From an uncultured Phocaeicola sp. (GTDB lineage: Bacteria > Bacteroidota > Bacteroidia > Bacteroidales > Bacteroidaceae): DNA of 64,000 bases. Location: the NCBI GenBank assembly GCA_944320855.1, contig CALUJF010000006.1, positions 17,399-81,398 on the forward strand. Reading direction: 5' to 3'. A model generated the notes under the pieces. It did no database searches. It was not told the origin of the DNA and was given only the letters and a program-made list of their open reading frames with translations. The position numbers were made by a program, and so were the translations under genes. Below are positions 1 through 10,134 of the stretch, in pieces (the stretch's first letter is position 1; each line of letters begins with the position of its first letter).

Positions 1-381
1 CAGGTACTGAAACCCAAATTATTGCTCGGCAGGATGACATTCCGTACCAATGAACAACGCATAAAATGGTTGGCTATGGATTTGCCTGATGGAATGTATT
101 GGGGTGGAGAAAGCGGAGCGAATATGTTAGATTCTTATTTGGAACCCGGTGCTTTTGATATATATACACAAATCCCTGCCGCACATTTACTGAAAACAGG
201 TTTTGTAAGATTTGATGAGAAAGGTGAGATAAGAATATATAAGAAATTTTGGAATTGGGAAGCGGAAAACCATCTTGTCCCTCCAATTCTCACATACGCA
301 GATTTGATTGGTAGCGGCAATAGCCGTTGTATAGAAATGGCTGAAAGACTTTTGGACCATGAACTTAAAGATTACAAGTGA
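1..381 (+). CDS. 3' end of a gene entering from the left edge; the C-terminus resembles AbiEi-type (type IV toxin-antitoxin antitoxin-like) proteins
   Basis: Frame 1 is open from base 1 to the TGA at 379-381, so the TTG at 22 in the ORF track is internal. The C-terminal stretch VPPILTYADLIGSGNSRCIEMAERLL resembles the conserved tail I recall for Bacteroidetes AbiEi_3-like proteins. This rests on recall only. Confidence 0.3.
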   Translation, partial: QVLKPKLLLGRMTFRTNEQRIKWLAMDLPDGMYWGGESGANMLDSYLEPGAFDIYTQIPAAHLLKTGFVRFDEKGEIRIYKKFWNWEAENHLVPPILTYADLIGSGNSRCIEMAERLLDHELKDYK

Positions 382-680
382 GAAAATAGCCAATCCACTA
401 TTGGTGGAGTTGTTGAAAAAATTGACTGACAGCTTCAATCGTATGGGGTGTGAGTTTTCAAATAAAACCTACCTTATTACAATAAATATAGTTAATTTGA
501 AGTTTAGACCAATGCATATAATAGTAAAAGCCCATAAAATATTAAAAATAGACTGTTTATAAAAGGTGAAAAAAAGAATGAAATTAAAAATAGAACAAAA
601 ATATCAAGAATAGACCTTGCAGAATATGCTAAAAAGCAGTTATTTTGCAGCGTGAAATTATGTAATATATTAAAAAGGAA

Positions 681-3401
681 ATGAAAAGAATTAAAATCCT
701 GTTTTCTTTGATAGCTTTTGTGGCTATTATGGTGTCTTGTAATAAGGAAGATTCTTATTCTTCAGAGGCTGGAACCGGGCATATAGTATTAGGGAACATA
801 ATGCTTGATTCTGAAACATTAAGCTTTAGTTCCTCTACATCACGTTCTGGTGATGGAAGCGATAATACTTCTCAGTATGTGCGCGAAGTAAACAATGATG
901 ACTTCAAGAATGGTTTTAATGTTACGATGAAGTATCATGATGAAGAGGTGTTCAAATATGTAATGACGCAGGAAGAAATTGATTCCATGCAGAAAAAAGA
1001 TGAAGAAGGTGCTGATACGGAAGAAGATTCTGGGTCTGAAGGCTCTGAAAGTACAGTAGAGAATAATACTGTCGTTGACTGGAATGATTTGATGAAGCCT
1101 GTAGAGTTGCGTGCGGGAACGTATCTTGTTTCTGTAAATTTCAGTGATTTGTCAAAAGAAGGGTTTGATATGCCTTGTTATATTGGTGAGGAGAATATCA
1201 CATTGAAAAAGAATGAAACCAAAACGATAGAAAATATAACTTGTAGTTTGGCTAATTCTATCTTCAGTGTGAAATATGCGGATGCTTTTAAGGAATATTT
1301 TACAGACTATAGTGTGTCTATGACTACATCTTACGGCAACGAAATAGTATTTGCCAAAGATGAAACCAGGGATGCATATCTTTCTCCTGGAAAGATAGAT
1401 ATATATGTAACCGCAAAAAGGGAAGGACAGTCTGAAGCAAAATATAAATTGGATTTGAGTAAAATTAGTGATTCTACACCTGAAGATGGTGAAGATACTG
1501 ATGATGACATATCTAATGGGATATTTAAGGCAAAAAGAAAATATATTATAACTCTTGATGTAAATGCGGATAAGGCTGTTTTGAAAGTAATATTTTCAGA
1601 TGAAGAGAGTGAAAACAAGGAGGTCGAAATAGATATTTCAGATGCGGCTCTTAATGCAAAGGCACCTGTCATGACTGGAAATAACCTGGTTAGTGGGGAA
1701 CTTGTAGAGATAATAGAGGGTAGTGTAGGAAGCGAGAAATATTCTGTGGCTATAAATGCAGAAGGTGTTATAAAAGAATGTATTCTTACTACTCAATCTC
1801 AATATTTGTTGGATAAAGGATGGCCTACAGAGGTTGACTTGGCTTCGAGTGAAATACCTGAAATGGAAAACAAGAATAAACTGAAGGAATTGGGTCTTGA
1901 TATTAAAGGTCTGACAACAAATATCGACCAGTTTGCTTGGGTTGACTTTACTAATGTGATAAACTCCATAGCCGAAGGAAAGAAGGTTGAATTGAATCTT
2001 TCTGTAACAGATAGGTTCGGAAAAACAAGTGAGAACAAATTTGTAGTTTCTGCTACAACGACTGCTTGTGATTTCGCTGTTGCTGCAACTGAAGATGAAG
2101 CAAAATTCTTGGGAAACACATGTATGGTGGATGTTTCTTTCATAAAAGGAAATCCTAATAATATTAAGTTCTCATTGGAAGATGGCAAAGTTCTAAATAT
2201 TGTTGAAACACAAAAAGTTGAAGGGGTTTCAGACGGTAAGGAACACCATATAGTAACATTGCAGGGTGGTAGTGATATACAGTTTATTAATCCTTTTAAT
2301 GTTAAGGCAAAGTATCTTGATTATGATTTGACTGCGGAGAATTTGCCTGTATCTATGGGTATATTGTTAGATAATGGATTATATAATGTCTGGGCTAAAC
2401 GTGCGACTGTGCATTTGTATAATGAAGTTGCAGAAAATGTGATTATCCAAAAAAAGGAATCTGACGGAAACTGGGTAAATGTTGAAAGAGTATTAAATAA
2501 TGGTGCTGAATTAACTGCCTATGATTTAACCCCTGATACTCAAATTGAATTGAGGGCAGTAAATAAAGTAGAAGAAACAGATATTACCAATGAGTTAACT
2601 TTCAAAACATGGAATGTGGCTGATCTACCTAATGGAGATATGGAAGATTGGACTGTTGGACCAAATAATATGATAGGACATGGAGATACTAAGTTAGGTT
2701 TGGATTTAAATTATACATATACTCATGAACCATATAGATCATGGGAGAGATGGTATCCTTATACATCTTCAGATATTCCACATTGGGATACTGTAAATGA
2801 ACTAACTACTTCTTTGGGGAAAGAACAAAAAAGTTTTTTTAGTTTTGGTACAGGAGATAAACGATGGACACGATATGTTGCTAATTCTGGAACCATAAGA
2901 ACTGATGGTAATGGTGGTGGATATGCGGCCTTAGTAAGAACTGTTGGTTGGGGAGATGGTAATACTGCCTTAGGTAATTCTAGTGATATAAATATAATTA
3001 CTCCGGGAGAATTATATTTAGGCTTTTATACTTCAGCTCCACAATATGGTATATCTTTTAATGGTGTACCTGATGGCTTACGATTTGATTATAAATATAT
3101 AACAAAAGCTTCAGACCGTTTTACAGTGCAAATACAAATGTATTCAGGTGAAACGTTAATGGTTGATCAAGTTTTAGACTCAAAAGATGCAGTGCCGGTA
3201 GATAATTGGACTGAAAAGTATATACCTTTTGCCTATTTGAATAAACAAACAGAACCAACGTCTTTATCTATTATATTTAGATCTGGCACTTCCACTTCAA
3301 AGGATGATATAAGAATATTTCCTAGTGGGGCAAATCTTACAACTGGTGAAAACGTTGGTAGTGAACTTTACTTAGACAATATAGAATTAATTTACGAATA
3401 A
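681..3401 (+). CDS. large surface lipoprotein: DUF4493-like N-terminus, acidic linkers, Ig/FN3-like segments, C-terminal PCMD-like domain
   Basis: 906-aa ATG ORF with a signal peptide and lipobox (AIMVSC/NKED). The N-terminal pattern FDMPCYIGEE..CSLANSIFSVKY is shared with the next two ORFs. There are two Asp/Glu/Ser-rich linkers. The C-terminal module (LPNGDMEDW ... LYLDNIELIYE) is paralogous to the C-termini of 4626..6857 and 8467..10116 and fits my recollection of PF13201 (PCMD). Confidence 0.7.
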   Translation: MKRIKILFSLIAFVAIMVSCNKEDSYSSEAGTGHIVLGNIMLDSETLSFSSSTSRSGDGSDNTSQYVREVNNDDFKNGFNVTMKYHDEEVFKYVMTQEEIDSMQKKDEEGADTEEDSGSEGSESTVENNTVVDWNDLMKPVELRAGTYLVSVNFSDLSKEGFDMPCYIGEENITLKKNETKTIENITCSLANSIFSVKYADAFKEYFTDYSVSMTTSYGNEIVFAKDETRDAYLSPGKIDIYVTAKREGQSEAKYKLDLSKISDSTPEDGEDTDDDISNGIFKAKRKYIITLDVNADKAVLKVIFSDEESENKEVEIDISDAALNAKAPVMTGNNLVSGELVEIIEGSVGSEKYSVAINAEGVIKECILTTQSQYLLDKGWPTEVDLASSEIPEMENKNKLKELGLDIKGLTTNIDQFAWVDFTNVINSIAEGKKVELNLSVTDRFGKTSENKFVVSATTTACDFAVAATEDEAKFLGNTCMVDVSFIKGNPNNIKFSLEDGKVLNIVETQKVEGVSDGKEHHIVTLQGGSDIQFINPFNVKAKYLDYDLTAENLPVSMGILLDNGLYNVWAKRATVHLYNEVAENVIIQKKESDGNWVNVERVLNNGAELTAYDLTPDTQIELRAVNKVEETDITNELTFKTWNVADLPNGDMEDWTVGPNNMIGHGDTKLGLDLNYTYTHEPYRSWERWYPYTSSDIPHWDTVNELTTSLGKEQKSFFSFGTGDKRWTRYVANSGTIRTDGNGGGYAALVRTVGWGDGNTALGNSSDINIITPGELYLGFYTSAPQYGISFNGVPDGLRFDYKYITKASDRFTVQIQMYSGETLMVDQVLDSKDAVPVDNWTEKYIPFAYLNKQTEPTSLSIIFRSGTSTSKDDIRIFPSGANLTTGENVGSELYLDNIELIYE

Positions 3402-3417
3402 AAATACGCAACATACA

Positions 3418-4620
3418 ATGAAAAAACTATTTTTTACATTAGCAGTATTACTATCAAGTATAGTGATATTCTCATCTTGCCATAGCGAAGAGATGAATCT
3501 GAAAGTAAACCAGACCGGTGAGGTTCGATTGTCCTCTATTAAAATGACATACAATACAGAGCCGGTTGTATCTGTTTCGCGTGCGGCAGATGATTTGTCT
3601 GAATATGTAATAGGTATATATACTACTTCTGACGAATTAGTTCAGGAATGGACATACAGTAGTATGCCTGAAGTTTTTGCTTTGCCTATAGGAAACTATA
3701 CAGTTAAGGCTCATTCACCTGAAGTTGTTGGTGCACAGTTTGATACACCATATTGTGAAGGTGAATCAGCTGAGTTTGAAATAAAGAAAGACAATGTCAC
3801 AGATGTTGGAGAAATAAAATGTACACTTAAAAGCATAAAGGTGACTATTGAGTTTGATCAAAAGCTTAAAGCTCTCATTGATGAAGGTGGAGTAATAGTT
3901 AATGTAGGAGAAGAAACTCTGACTTTTACTAAAGATGAAACACGTTCAGGTTTCTTCCATGGTAACGGACAGACGAATACAGTTGATGTAGAATTCGATG
4001 CTGTGGTTGAAGGTGATCAGGTTAATAGAACAGAATCTTATTCAGGATTAAGTGATGGAACTGAATTGAAATTGACTTTTGGACTTAAAGAGTCTGTTGA
4101 TGTTAATCCGGGAGAAGGTGTTTCTTATGTTTCAAATAATCTATTGATTTCCGATGAATATAAAGAAATAGGAGTCAGTGGAACATTTACTCCTGATATG
4201 GAAGAAATACCGGATGTTGATGTGATGATGATAAAGGGAGTAGGTTTTGATATTAATGGCGACCCTCTTACAGATTTCTCTAATGGTGTTGTAGTAGAAC
4301 TTTATGCTCCAAAAGGAATGAAAGATGTAGCTGTGAATATAACTTCCACAAATACTATGTTTGAATCAGCCGTTTCCGGTGTATTTAGAAGTAATAAATT
4401 CAGTCTTATGGATGAAACTTTGCAGGAAACATTAGGTGGTTTGGGCCTTCCTGTAAAAGATGATATTTTAGGAAAGAAAAAAGTAATATTTGATATTTCT
4501 AAATTCATGTCATTCCTTGTAGATGATAGTTTGGCGGGTGTACACACATTTGGCATTACTATAACTGATATGGAAGATACTTCCATATCCGCTAACTTGG
4601 TGATAGATACTTCTAAATAA
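3418..4620 (+). CDS. DUF4493-like lipoprotein
   Basis: 400-aa ORF starting 16 bp after the previous stop, with lipobox IFSSC/HSEE. The N-terminal segment (GEVRLSSIKM...LPIGNYTVKAHS...FDTPYCEGESAEFEI..CTLKSIKVTIEF) is paralogous to the N-termini of the flanking ORFs. Confidence 0.65.
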   Translation: MKKLFFTLAVLLSSIVIFSSCHSEEMNLKVNQTGEVRLSSIKMTYNTEPVVSVSRAADDLSEYVIGIYTTSDELVQEWTYSSMPEVFALPIGNYTVKAHSPEVVGAQFDTPYCEGESAEFEIKKDNVTDVGEIKCTLKSIKVTIEFDQKLKALIDEGGVIVNVGEETLTFTKDETRSGFFHGNGQTNTVDVEFDAVVEGDQVNRTESYSGLSDGTELKLTFGLKESVDVNPGEGVSYVSNNLLISDEYKEIGVSGTFTPDMEEIPDVDVMMIKGVGFDINGDPLTDFSNGVVVELYAPKGMKDVAVNITSTNTMFESAVSGVFRSNKFSLMDETLQETLGGLGLPVKDDILGKKKVIFDISKFMSFLVDDSLAGVHTFGITITDMEDTSISANLVIDTSK

Positions 4621-4625
4621 AATTA

Positions 4626-6857
4626 ATGAAAATGAATATGAGAAATATATCATTAATATTATTTTCAATTCTCCTGATTGCAGCCTGTAAGCAGGAGGAT
4701 AGGTTTGATTCGCAGGGTATATTAAGCTTGAACAGTAGCTATAATGAAGAAACTATTGTGGCTACACGCTCCGGCCTGTCAGACGAGGAACAGGAAACTC
4801 TTAAGAATAATAGCAAAGTAAGAATATATAAAGGAGGCAAACTGATTCTGAAGTATATGTCATGGTCAGAAATGCCTTCAGAGATATTCTTGCCTGAGGG
4901 TAATGATTATAAAGCCCGGGTATCTACCGGTGATTCCGTTTTGGCTTCATTTACAGATAAAACATACGAGGGTAATGAGCCTTTTACTATAACTAAAGGC
5001 TCAAAGACTGATGTTGAAGTTAGATCCAATATCATAAATACTTTGGTTGATGTTGTCTTTGATTCTGATTGGGTCAGTTATGCGACAGATTTAGTTGTAA
5101 CTGTTTCAGTTGATGCAGAAAACGGCTCATTGGAATTCATAAACGGGGAATTGAAAACAGGATATTTTATTTGTCCAAGCGGAAAAGAGTATCTGAAATA
5201 TACACTCAAAGGAACTTCTGTCAATGGTAAACCGTTCAGTGTGACGGATGTTTTAAGGGATGCTGAAGGAAATCAGATAAGGATTAATCCTTCTACTAAA
5301 TATACCATTACATTTAATCCTAAAAAAGGAGAGCCAGGGGATAATAGTATGGGTGGTGGATTCTTTGAAATTGTAGTGGATGAGACACCATTGGATACAG
5401 TAGATAAGGAAATAAGTATCTATAGGAAGCCTCATATTACAGCTACTAATAACGGTGAGAGTATAGACATTGAAGAGCCATTGGTTTTATTTTCCGGTGT
5501 TTCTATAAGTCCTGTATTTACTATTAAAGGTAGTACACCTTTATCGGCAGCTACATTGAATTGCAGCAGGTTTACAGAAATAGAACTCAAAGAAAATCTT
5601 AATTTGTTTAATCAGGATGATATTACTTTATTGTCACAGAAAGGAATAACAGCTGGGTTTACTAATAGTAATGGCGATTTAACAATAAATTTCGGAACTG
5701 CTTTAAATACTTTGTTAAGTGATGAAGGAGAGGTGAACATTGTTTTCAATGCTACAGACTCATATAGCAATATTCAACCCGAAGCAGGAGACAAAACCAT
5801 GACTAAAGAGTTCAAAATAATTGTAAACAATATGGCTGTTGAGCCTCTTGATGTTCCGCGTTATGAAATGTGGGCTAAAAAGGTAAAGCTTCACGGTCAG
5901 GTAATTGAAGGACGAACTCCTGGTGAAGATGCCGGATTTATGTATCGTGTGAAGAAAGAAGCACAACAAGAAGAGTCAAACGAATGGATTAAGATACAGA
6001 CTACTTCTCAAGAGGATGGGCAGTACAGGTATGAACTTAAAGGTCTGACTCCTGCCACTACTTATGAGTTTACTATGTATGATGGTGATAATGTTAATGA
6101 AACTATTAAGGAGTTTACTACTGAAGAAGCTGCGCAATTGCCTAATGCCGGATTTGAGGAATGGATTAATTCTGGTGGTATTATTTATCCAGTAAAAGAA
6201 GGTGAACAATTATTTTGGGATAGTGGAAATAAAGGAGGTTCAATGGCAAGTACAAACATAACAACACAGGATACTCAATATTTCCATAGTGGAACAAGTT
6301 CTGCTAAATTAAAGTCTCAAAAAGTTTCTATACAATTTGCAGCCGGTAATCTGTTTATAGGTGAATATATAGACACTGAGTTGGAAGTAAGTCTTTCAGG
6401 TGTAAAAGGTCATGGCATTTTAGGCTTTGGAAGACCTTTCTCATCTCGCCCAATGGCTTTGAAAGGATATATACGTTATGAATGTGGAACGGTTGATAAT
6501 GGTGGTAGCCATATTTCTAATGAGCAGAAAGATAAGGGTATTATATATGTAGCACTGACGGATGGTGAAGGTGAAGATTATAATGGTACAAAGTGGTCTT
6601 GTGTTGTTAAAACTAAAAGTGGAAAATATTTTGATAAAAATGCTTCAAATATAATAGCCTATCAGGAAAATATTTGGGATAGCAGTACGGAAGGAGATGG
6701 AATGATACCGTTTACAATAGAGTTAGACTATCGTTCTATGGAAAGAATCCCGAATAAGTTGGTGATAGTTGCAGCTGCGAGCATGTATGGTGATTATTTT
6801 GAGGGTAGTACCGGCAGCACCATGTGGCTCGATGACCTCGAATTAGTATATGAATAA
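4626..6857 (+). CDS. lipoprotein with DUF4493-like N-terminus, FN3-like segment and C-terminal PCMD-like domain
   Basis: 743-aa ORF with lipobox LLIAAC/KQED. It has an FN3-like YRYELKGLTPATTYEFTMY segment. The C-terminal module runs from LPNAGFEEW to MWLDDLELVYE and is paralogous to those of 681..3401 and 8467..10116. Confidence 0.7.
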   Translation: MKMNMRNISLILFSILLIAACKQEDRFDSQGILSLNSSYNEETIVATRSGLSDEEQETLKNNSKVRIYKGGKLILKYMSWSEMPSEIFLPEGNDYKARVSTGDSVLASFTDKTYEGNEPFTITKGSKTDVEVRSNIINTLVDVVFDSDWVSYATDLVVTVSVDAENGSLEFINGELKTGYFICPSGKEYLKYTLKGTSVNGKPFSVTDVLRDAEGNQIRINPSTKYTITFNPKKGEPGDNSMGGGFFEIVVDETPLDTVDKEISIYRKPHITATNNGESIDIEEPLVLFSGVSISPVFTIKGSTPLSAATLNCSRFTEIELKENLNLFNQDDITLLSQKGITAGFTNSNGDLTINFGTALNTLLSDEGEVNIVFNATDSYSNIQPEAGDKTMTKEFKIIVNNMAVEPLDVPRYEMWAKKVKLHGQVIEGRTPGEDAGFMYRVKKEAQQEESNEWIKIQTTSQEDGQYRYELKGLTPATTYEFTMYDGDNVNETIKEFTTEEAAQLPNAGFEEWINSGGIIYPVKEGEQLFWDSGNKGGSMASTNITTQDTQYFHSGTSSAKLKSQKVSIQFAAGNLFIGEYIDTELEVSLSGVKGHGILGFGRPFSSRPMALKGYIRYECGTVDNGGSHISNEQKDKGIIYVALTDGEGEDYNGTKWSCVVKTKSGKYFDKNASNIIAYQENIWDSSTEGDGMIPFTIELDYRSMERIPNKLVIVAAASMYGDYFEGSTGSTMWLDDLELVYE

Positions 6858-6876
6858 CAGATAAATTAACAGAATA

Positions 6877-7605
6877 GTGAAAAATAAATTATTATACATC
6901 TGCATCCTTTTGTGCCTGCCATTAATGGCTACGGCACAAAAGAAGCAGAGAGATATTGCCGATAATGTGTTTGTCCCTAAGGGGCAGTGGATTACAGGAG
7001 CCAGTGTATCTTACTCTGAGCATACGGAGAAGAACTATCAGTTCCTGATAATCGATAAGTTTAATGCAGACGGATATAATTTCAAGTTCAGTCCGCTTGT
7101 GTCGTATGCCATAAGGAATAATTTGACACTTGGAGGACGTTTCTCATACGGACGTACGCTGACTAAGTTCGATGGCCTGTCTTTAGGGTTGGGCGACGAT
7201 CTTTCATTCGATTTGGATGATACATACCAGCTGAAACATTCGTATTCAGTGATGGGAATAATGCGAAACTATATCAATCTTGGTACAAGCAAGCGTTTTG
7301 CACTGTTTGCCGAAACTCAACTGAAATTCGGCGAAAGCAGGACAAAGCTTGTGACAAGCAATGGTGATGAACTAACAGGTACTTACACAAACTCTGTAGA
7401 CTTGGGTATCGGAGTGGTTCCGGGCATTGTAGCTTTTGTAAACAATTATACGGCTGTAGAAGTAAGTGTGGGCGTTCTTGGTGTGGATTTCAGCAGAACG
7501 AAACATAAGACAGACCAGCTTTACACAGGCGAGCAGTCGTCGAGCGTTGCCAATTTCAGAATCAATTTATTCTCTGTAGGCTTGGGTATAGCCTTTTACT
7601 TATAA
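6877..7605 (+). CDS. small outer-membrane beta-barrel protein
   Basis: 242-aa ORF with a GTG start and an SPase I-type signal (PLMATAQ/KK). It shows alternating amphipathic strands rich in G/S/T/Y/N and an aromatic C-terminus (LGIAFYL). Confidence 0.55.
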   Translation: MKNKLLYICILLCLPLMATAQKKQRDIADNVFVPKGQWITGASVSYSEHTEKNYQFLIIDKFNADGYNFKFSPLVSYAIRNNLTLGGRFSYGRTLTKFDGLSLGLGDDLSFDLDDTYQLKHSYSVMGIMRNYINLGTSKRFALFAETQLKFGESRTKLVTSNGDELTGTYTNSVDLGIGVVPGIVAFVNNYTAVEVSVGVLGVDFSRTKHKTDQLYTGEQSSSVANFRINLFSVGLGIAFYL

Positions 7606-7608
7606 TAT

Positions 7609-8460
7609 ATGTGTATGAGGAAGATAATATTTACTATATTTGCACTGCTGTCTGTGGCAGCAGGCTTGATGGCGCAGGGACGTGACACTATAATTATACG
7701 TGATACGGTTTATATCGACGTGAAGGAAAAGAAGACTGCTTTTGAAGACAAGTCGAAACTTATTCCTGAAAAGTCTATTGGACGTTTTGACCGTGGTATA
7801 TTGAACTACAAGCTTATTGAAAAAGGAAAATGGATGGGAGGACTTACATTCTCTTTCATTAATTATGAGAGTGAGGAGGGTAGTCTGCTATATTCTATGC
7901 TTGGCGATTTCGATGCCAATTTCTCTGTCAAGGCTTTCAATCCTTATGTGGGATATGCCTATAGCAATAACAGTGTTGTGGGATTGAAGTTCGGATATAA
8001 CCGTCTGATTGGCGATTTGGGAAACATTGATTTGAATCTTGGTTCGGACATGAGTTTCAGTTTCGGAGGAATGAGATATTCGGAAGATTTGTACTCTGTA
8101 GGTTTGTTCCATCGTTCATATATCGGTCTTGACCCAAGCGGTATGTTCGGACTGTTTAATGAAACGCACGTCACTTACAAGCGCGGACATTCCAACTTTA
8201 CAAACGGAAAATCGGACAGTGCGGATATTACCAACACTGAGACTACTATCAACGAGCTTAGAGTAGGTATAAACCCGGGTGTGGCTGTATTTATCACCAA
8301 GAATGTGTCGGCAGAAATGTCGTTTGGTGTAGCCGGATTCAAATATCGTTCGGAAAGACAGAACAACAGCCTTGGTGAAGAAGGAAAGCGTGATACGAGT
8401 GGTGCTGATTTCAAAATCAATATCCTGAATATCAACATAGGTTTAACTTTTTGTTTGTAA
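7609..8460 (+). CDS. small outer-membrane beta-barrel protein (second copy of this type)
   Basis: 283-aa ORF starting 3 bp after the previous stop, with signal peptide AAGLMAQ/GRD. It has a strand-loop pattern similar to 6877..7605 and ends INIGLTFCL. Confidence 0.55.
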   Translation: MCMRKIIFTIFALLSVAAGLMAQGRDTIIIRDTVYIDVKEKKTAFEDKSKLIPEKSIGRFDRGILNYKLIEKGKWMGGLTFSFINYESEEGSLLYSMLGDFDANFSVKAFNPYVGYAYSNNSVVGLKFGYNRLIGDLGNIDLNLGSDMSFSFGGMRYSEDLYSVGLFHRSYIGLDPSGMFGLFNETHVTYKRGHSNFTNGKSDSADITNTETTINELRVGINPGVAVFITKNVSAEMSFGVAGFKYRSERQNNSLGEEGKRDTSGADFKINILNINIGLTFCL

Positions 8461-8466
8461 TGCGAC

Positions 8467-10116
8467 ATGAATAACAGATTATATATATCGTTGGCAGGTG
8501 CTGTGGCTCTGGTTTTTGCCATGTGTGGCTGCATAAAGAATGATTTGCCTTATGGTAAGGTTCCATTGTCCATTACTGCTTTTTCAGTATCCGGACAGAC
8601 GGGCGATGCGGTGATTTCTGAAAAGGACATGACTGTGACTGTAAATTTGGAGGAAACAGCCAATCCTGCAAAATCGGAATTGCTGAATATCGAGTATAAG
8701 GCTACTTTGAGGGATGGAAGTGACAACAACTATCACAATAATATCGAGTCAAGCGTAAAGAAAGGCGATGTGCTCGATCTTACTCATAATCTTGATGTGA
8801 AACTTTCGTTGTTTCAGGAATATAACTGGAAGATAGTTCCTGTGCAGAACATTGAAAGAGTGTTCAAGGTTGCCAATCAGATGGGTAAACCGGTGTTTGA
8901 TGCCGAACAGAAAATGGCTGTGGCATACATTCAGAAAGATTTGCCTCTCTCCGGAGCAGAGCTTCTGGAACTGAAACTTGGACCTCAGGGCAGTGAAGAG
9001 AGTGGAGTAGTGAAAGGTGTTGTAAGTCAGGAGAACGGATGGAAGTTCTACAAAAACTATATCGAAGCTTCTGTAACAGTGAAATTCAGCGATTTTATAG
9101 ATGAAACATGGAGTATAAGAATCTATAATTTCGACCAGGACATGACTAAAGCTGCAAATCCGGGAGTAAGGGTGGCATGGCTTTATGGTATTGGAATGGA
9201 AGGTCAGACATGCGGATTTGAGTACAGAAAGGCTGATGACACAGAGTGGACAGCAGTTCCTTCGTCGGATATAGAAATGGATGGTACGGACTTCAGCACA
9301 GTGCTGACAGGTTTGACACCGGAAACGAAATATGTATGCCGTGCAAAAGTTGGCGACATAGAGGGCGGTGAAGTTGAATTCACTACACTTGGTGAGGTGG
9401 AAATACCTAATATGGGATTTGAGAACTGGAGCCAAAATGGAAAAGTGATATGTCCGTGGGCTGAAGGTGAAGAATCTTTCTGGGATTCGGGAAACAAAGG
9501 AAGTACAACCGTAAGTGAGAATGACAATATTACCATGGGAGTAAATGAACCACGACCGGGAAGTAGTGGTTCTACGGCAGCCAAACTTGAAAGCAAGGCT
9601 ATTGTCGGAGTTATGGCAGCCGGTAACCTCTTTATAGGAAAATATAAGGAAACTCAGGGTATGAACGGGTTGTTAGGATTCGGTAGAACATTCCAGACTT
9701 TCCCTACCAAGCTTACAGGATACTATAAGTATACTCAGGCTACTATCGACAAGACTTCAAAAGGGTATGAAGACCTTCAGGGGCAGCCGGATACAGGTAT
9801 TGTATGGATAGCATTGGTCAGTGGCAATCCGGACAGCGACGGTACATATGTAGAGATTAAGACCGATAATACGAACAACAACGGTAAGTACTTCGACAAA
9901 GATGCCGACTACGTCCTTGCATACGGAGAAATGAACATCAACGAAACCGTGCCTGATTACAAGAAGTTTGAAATAGAGCTTGAATACAGACGTACCGATG
10001 TAGTGCCATCCGCTATTATAATAGTATGCTCAGCCAGCAAGTTGGGCGATTATTTCACCGGTGGAACAGGCTCTACGCTTTGGGTGGACGATTTCGCTTT
10101 GGAATATGATTATTAA
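8467..10116 (+). CDS. lipoprotein with FN3-like segment and C-terminal PCMD-like domain
   Basis: 549-aa ORF with lipobox FAMCGC/IKND. It has an FN3-like FSTVLTGLTPETKYVCRAKV segment. The C-terminal module runs from IPNMGFENW to LWVDDFALEYDY. Confidence 0.7.
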   Translation: MNNRLYISLAGAVALVFAMCGCIKNDLPYGKVPLSITAFSVSGQTGDAVISEKDMTVTVNLEETANPAKSELLNIEYKATLRDGSDNNYHNNIESSVKKGDVLDLTHNLDVKLSLFQEYNWKIVPVQNIERVFKVANQMGKPVFDAEQKMAVAYIQKDLPLSGAELLELKLGPQGSEESGVVKGVVSQENGWKFYKNYIEASVTVKFSDFIDETWSIRIYNFDQDMTKAANPGVRVAWLYGIGMEGQTCGFEYRKADDTEWTAVPSSDIEMDGTDFSTVLTGLTPETKYVCRAKVGDIEGGEVEFTTLGEVEIPNMGFENWSQNGKVICPWAEGEESFWDSGNKGSTTVSENDNITMGVNEPRPGSSGSTAAKLESKAIVGVMAAGNLFIGKYKETQGMNGLLGFGRTFQTFPTKLTGYYKYTQATIDKTSKGYEDLQGQPDTGIVWIALVSGNPDSDGTYVEIKTDNTNNNGKYFDKDADYVLAYGEMNINETVPDYKKFEIELEYRRTDVVPSAIIIVCSASKLGDYFTGGTGSTLWVDDFALEYDY

Positions 10117-10134
10117 TTCATATATTTGCATGAT

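Noticed and set aside
359-562. 67-aa ORF as a genuine small gene
   Set aside because: Only the first ~30 residues look protein-like and the rest is AT-rich filler. I treat it as a possible truncated remnant (see findings), not a feature.
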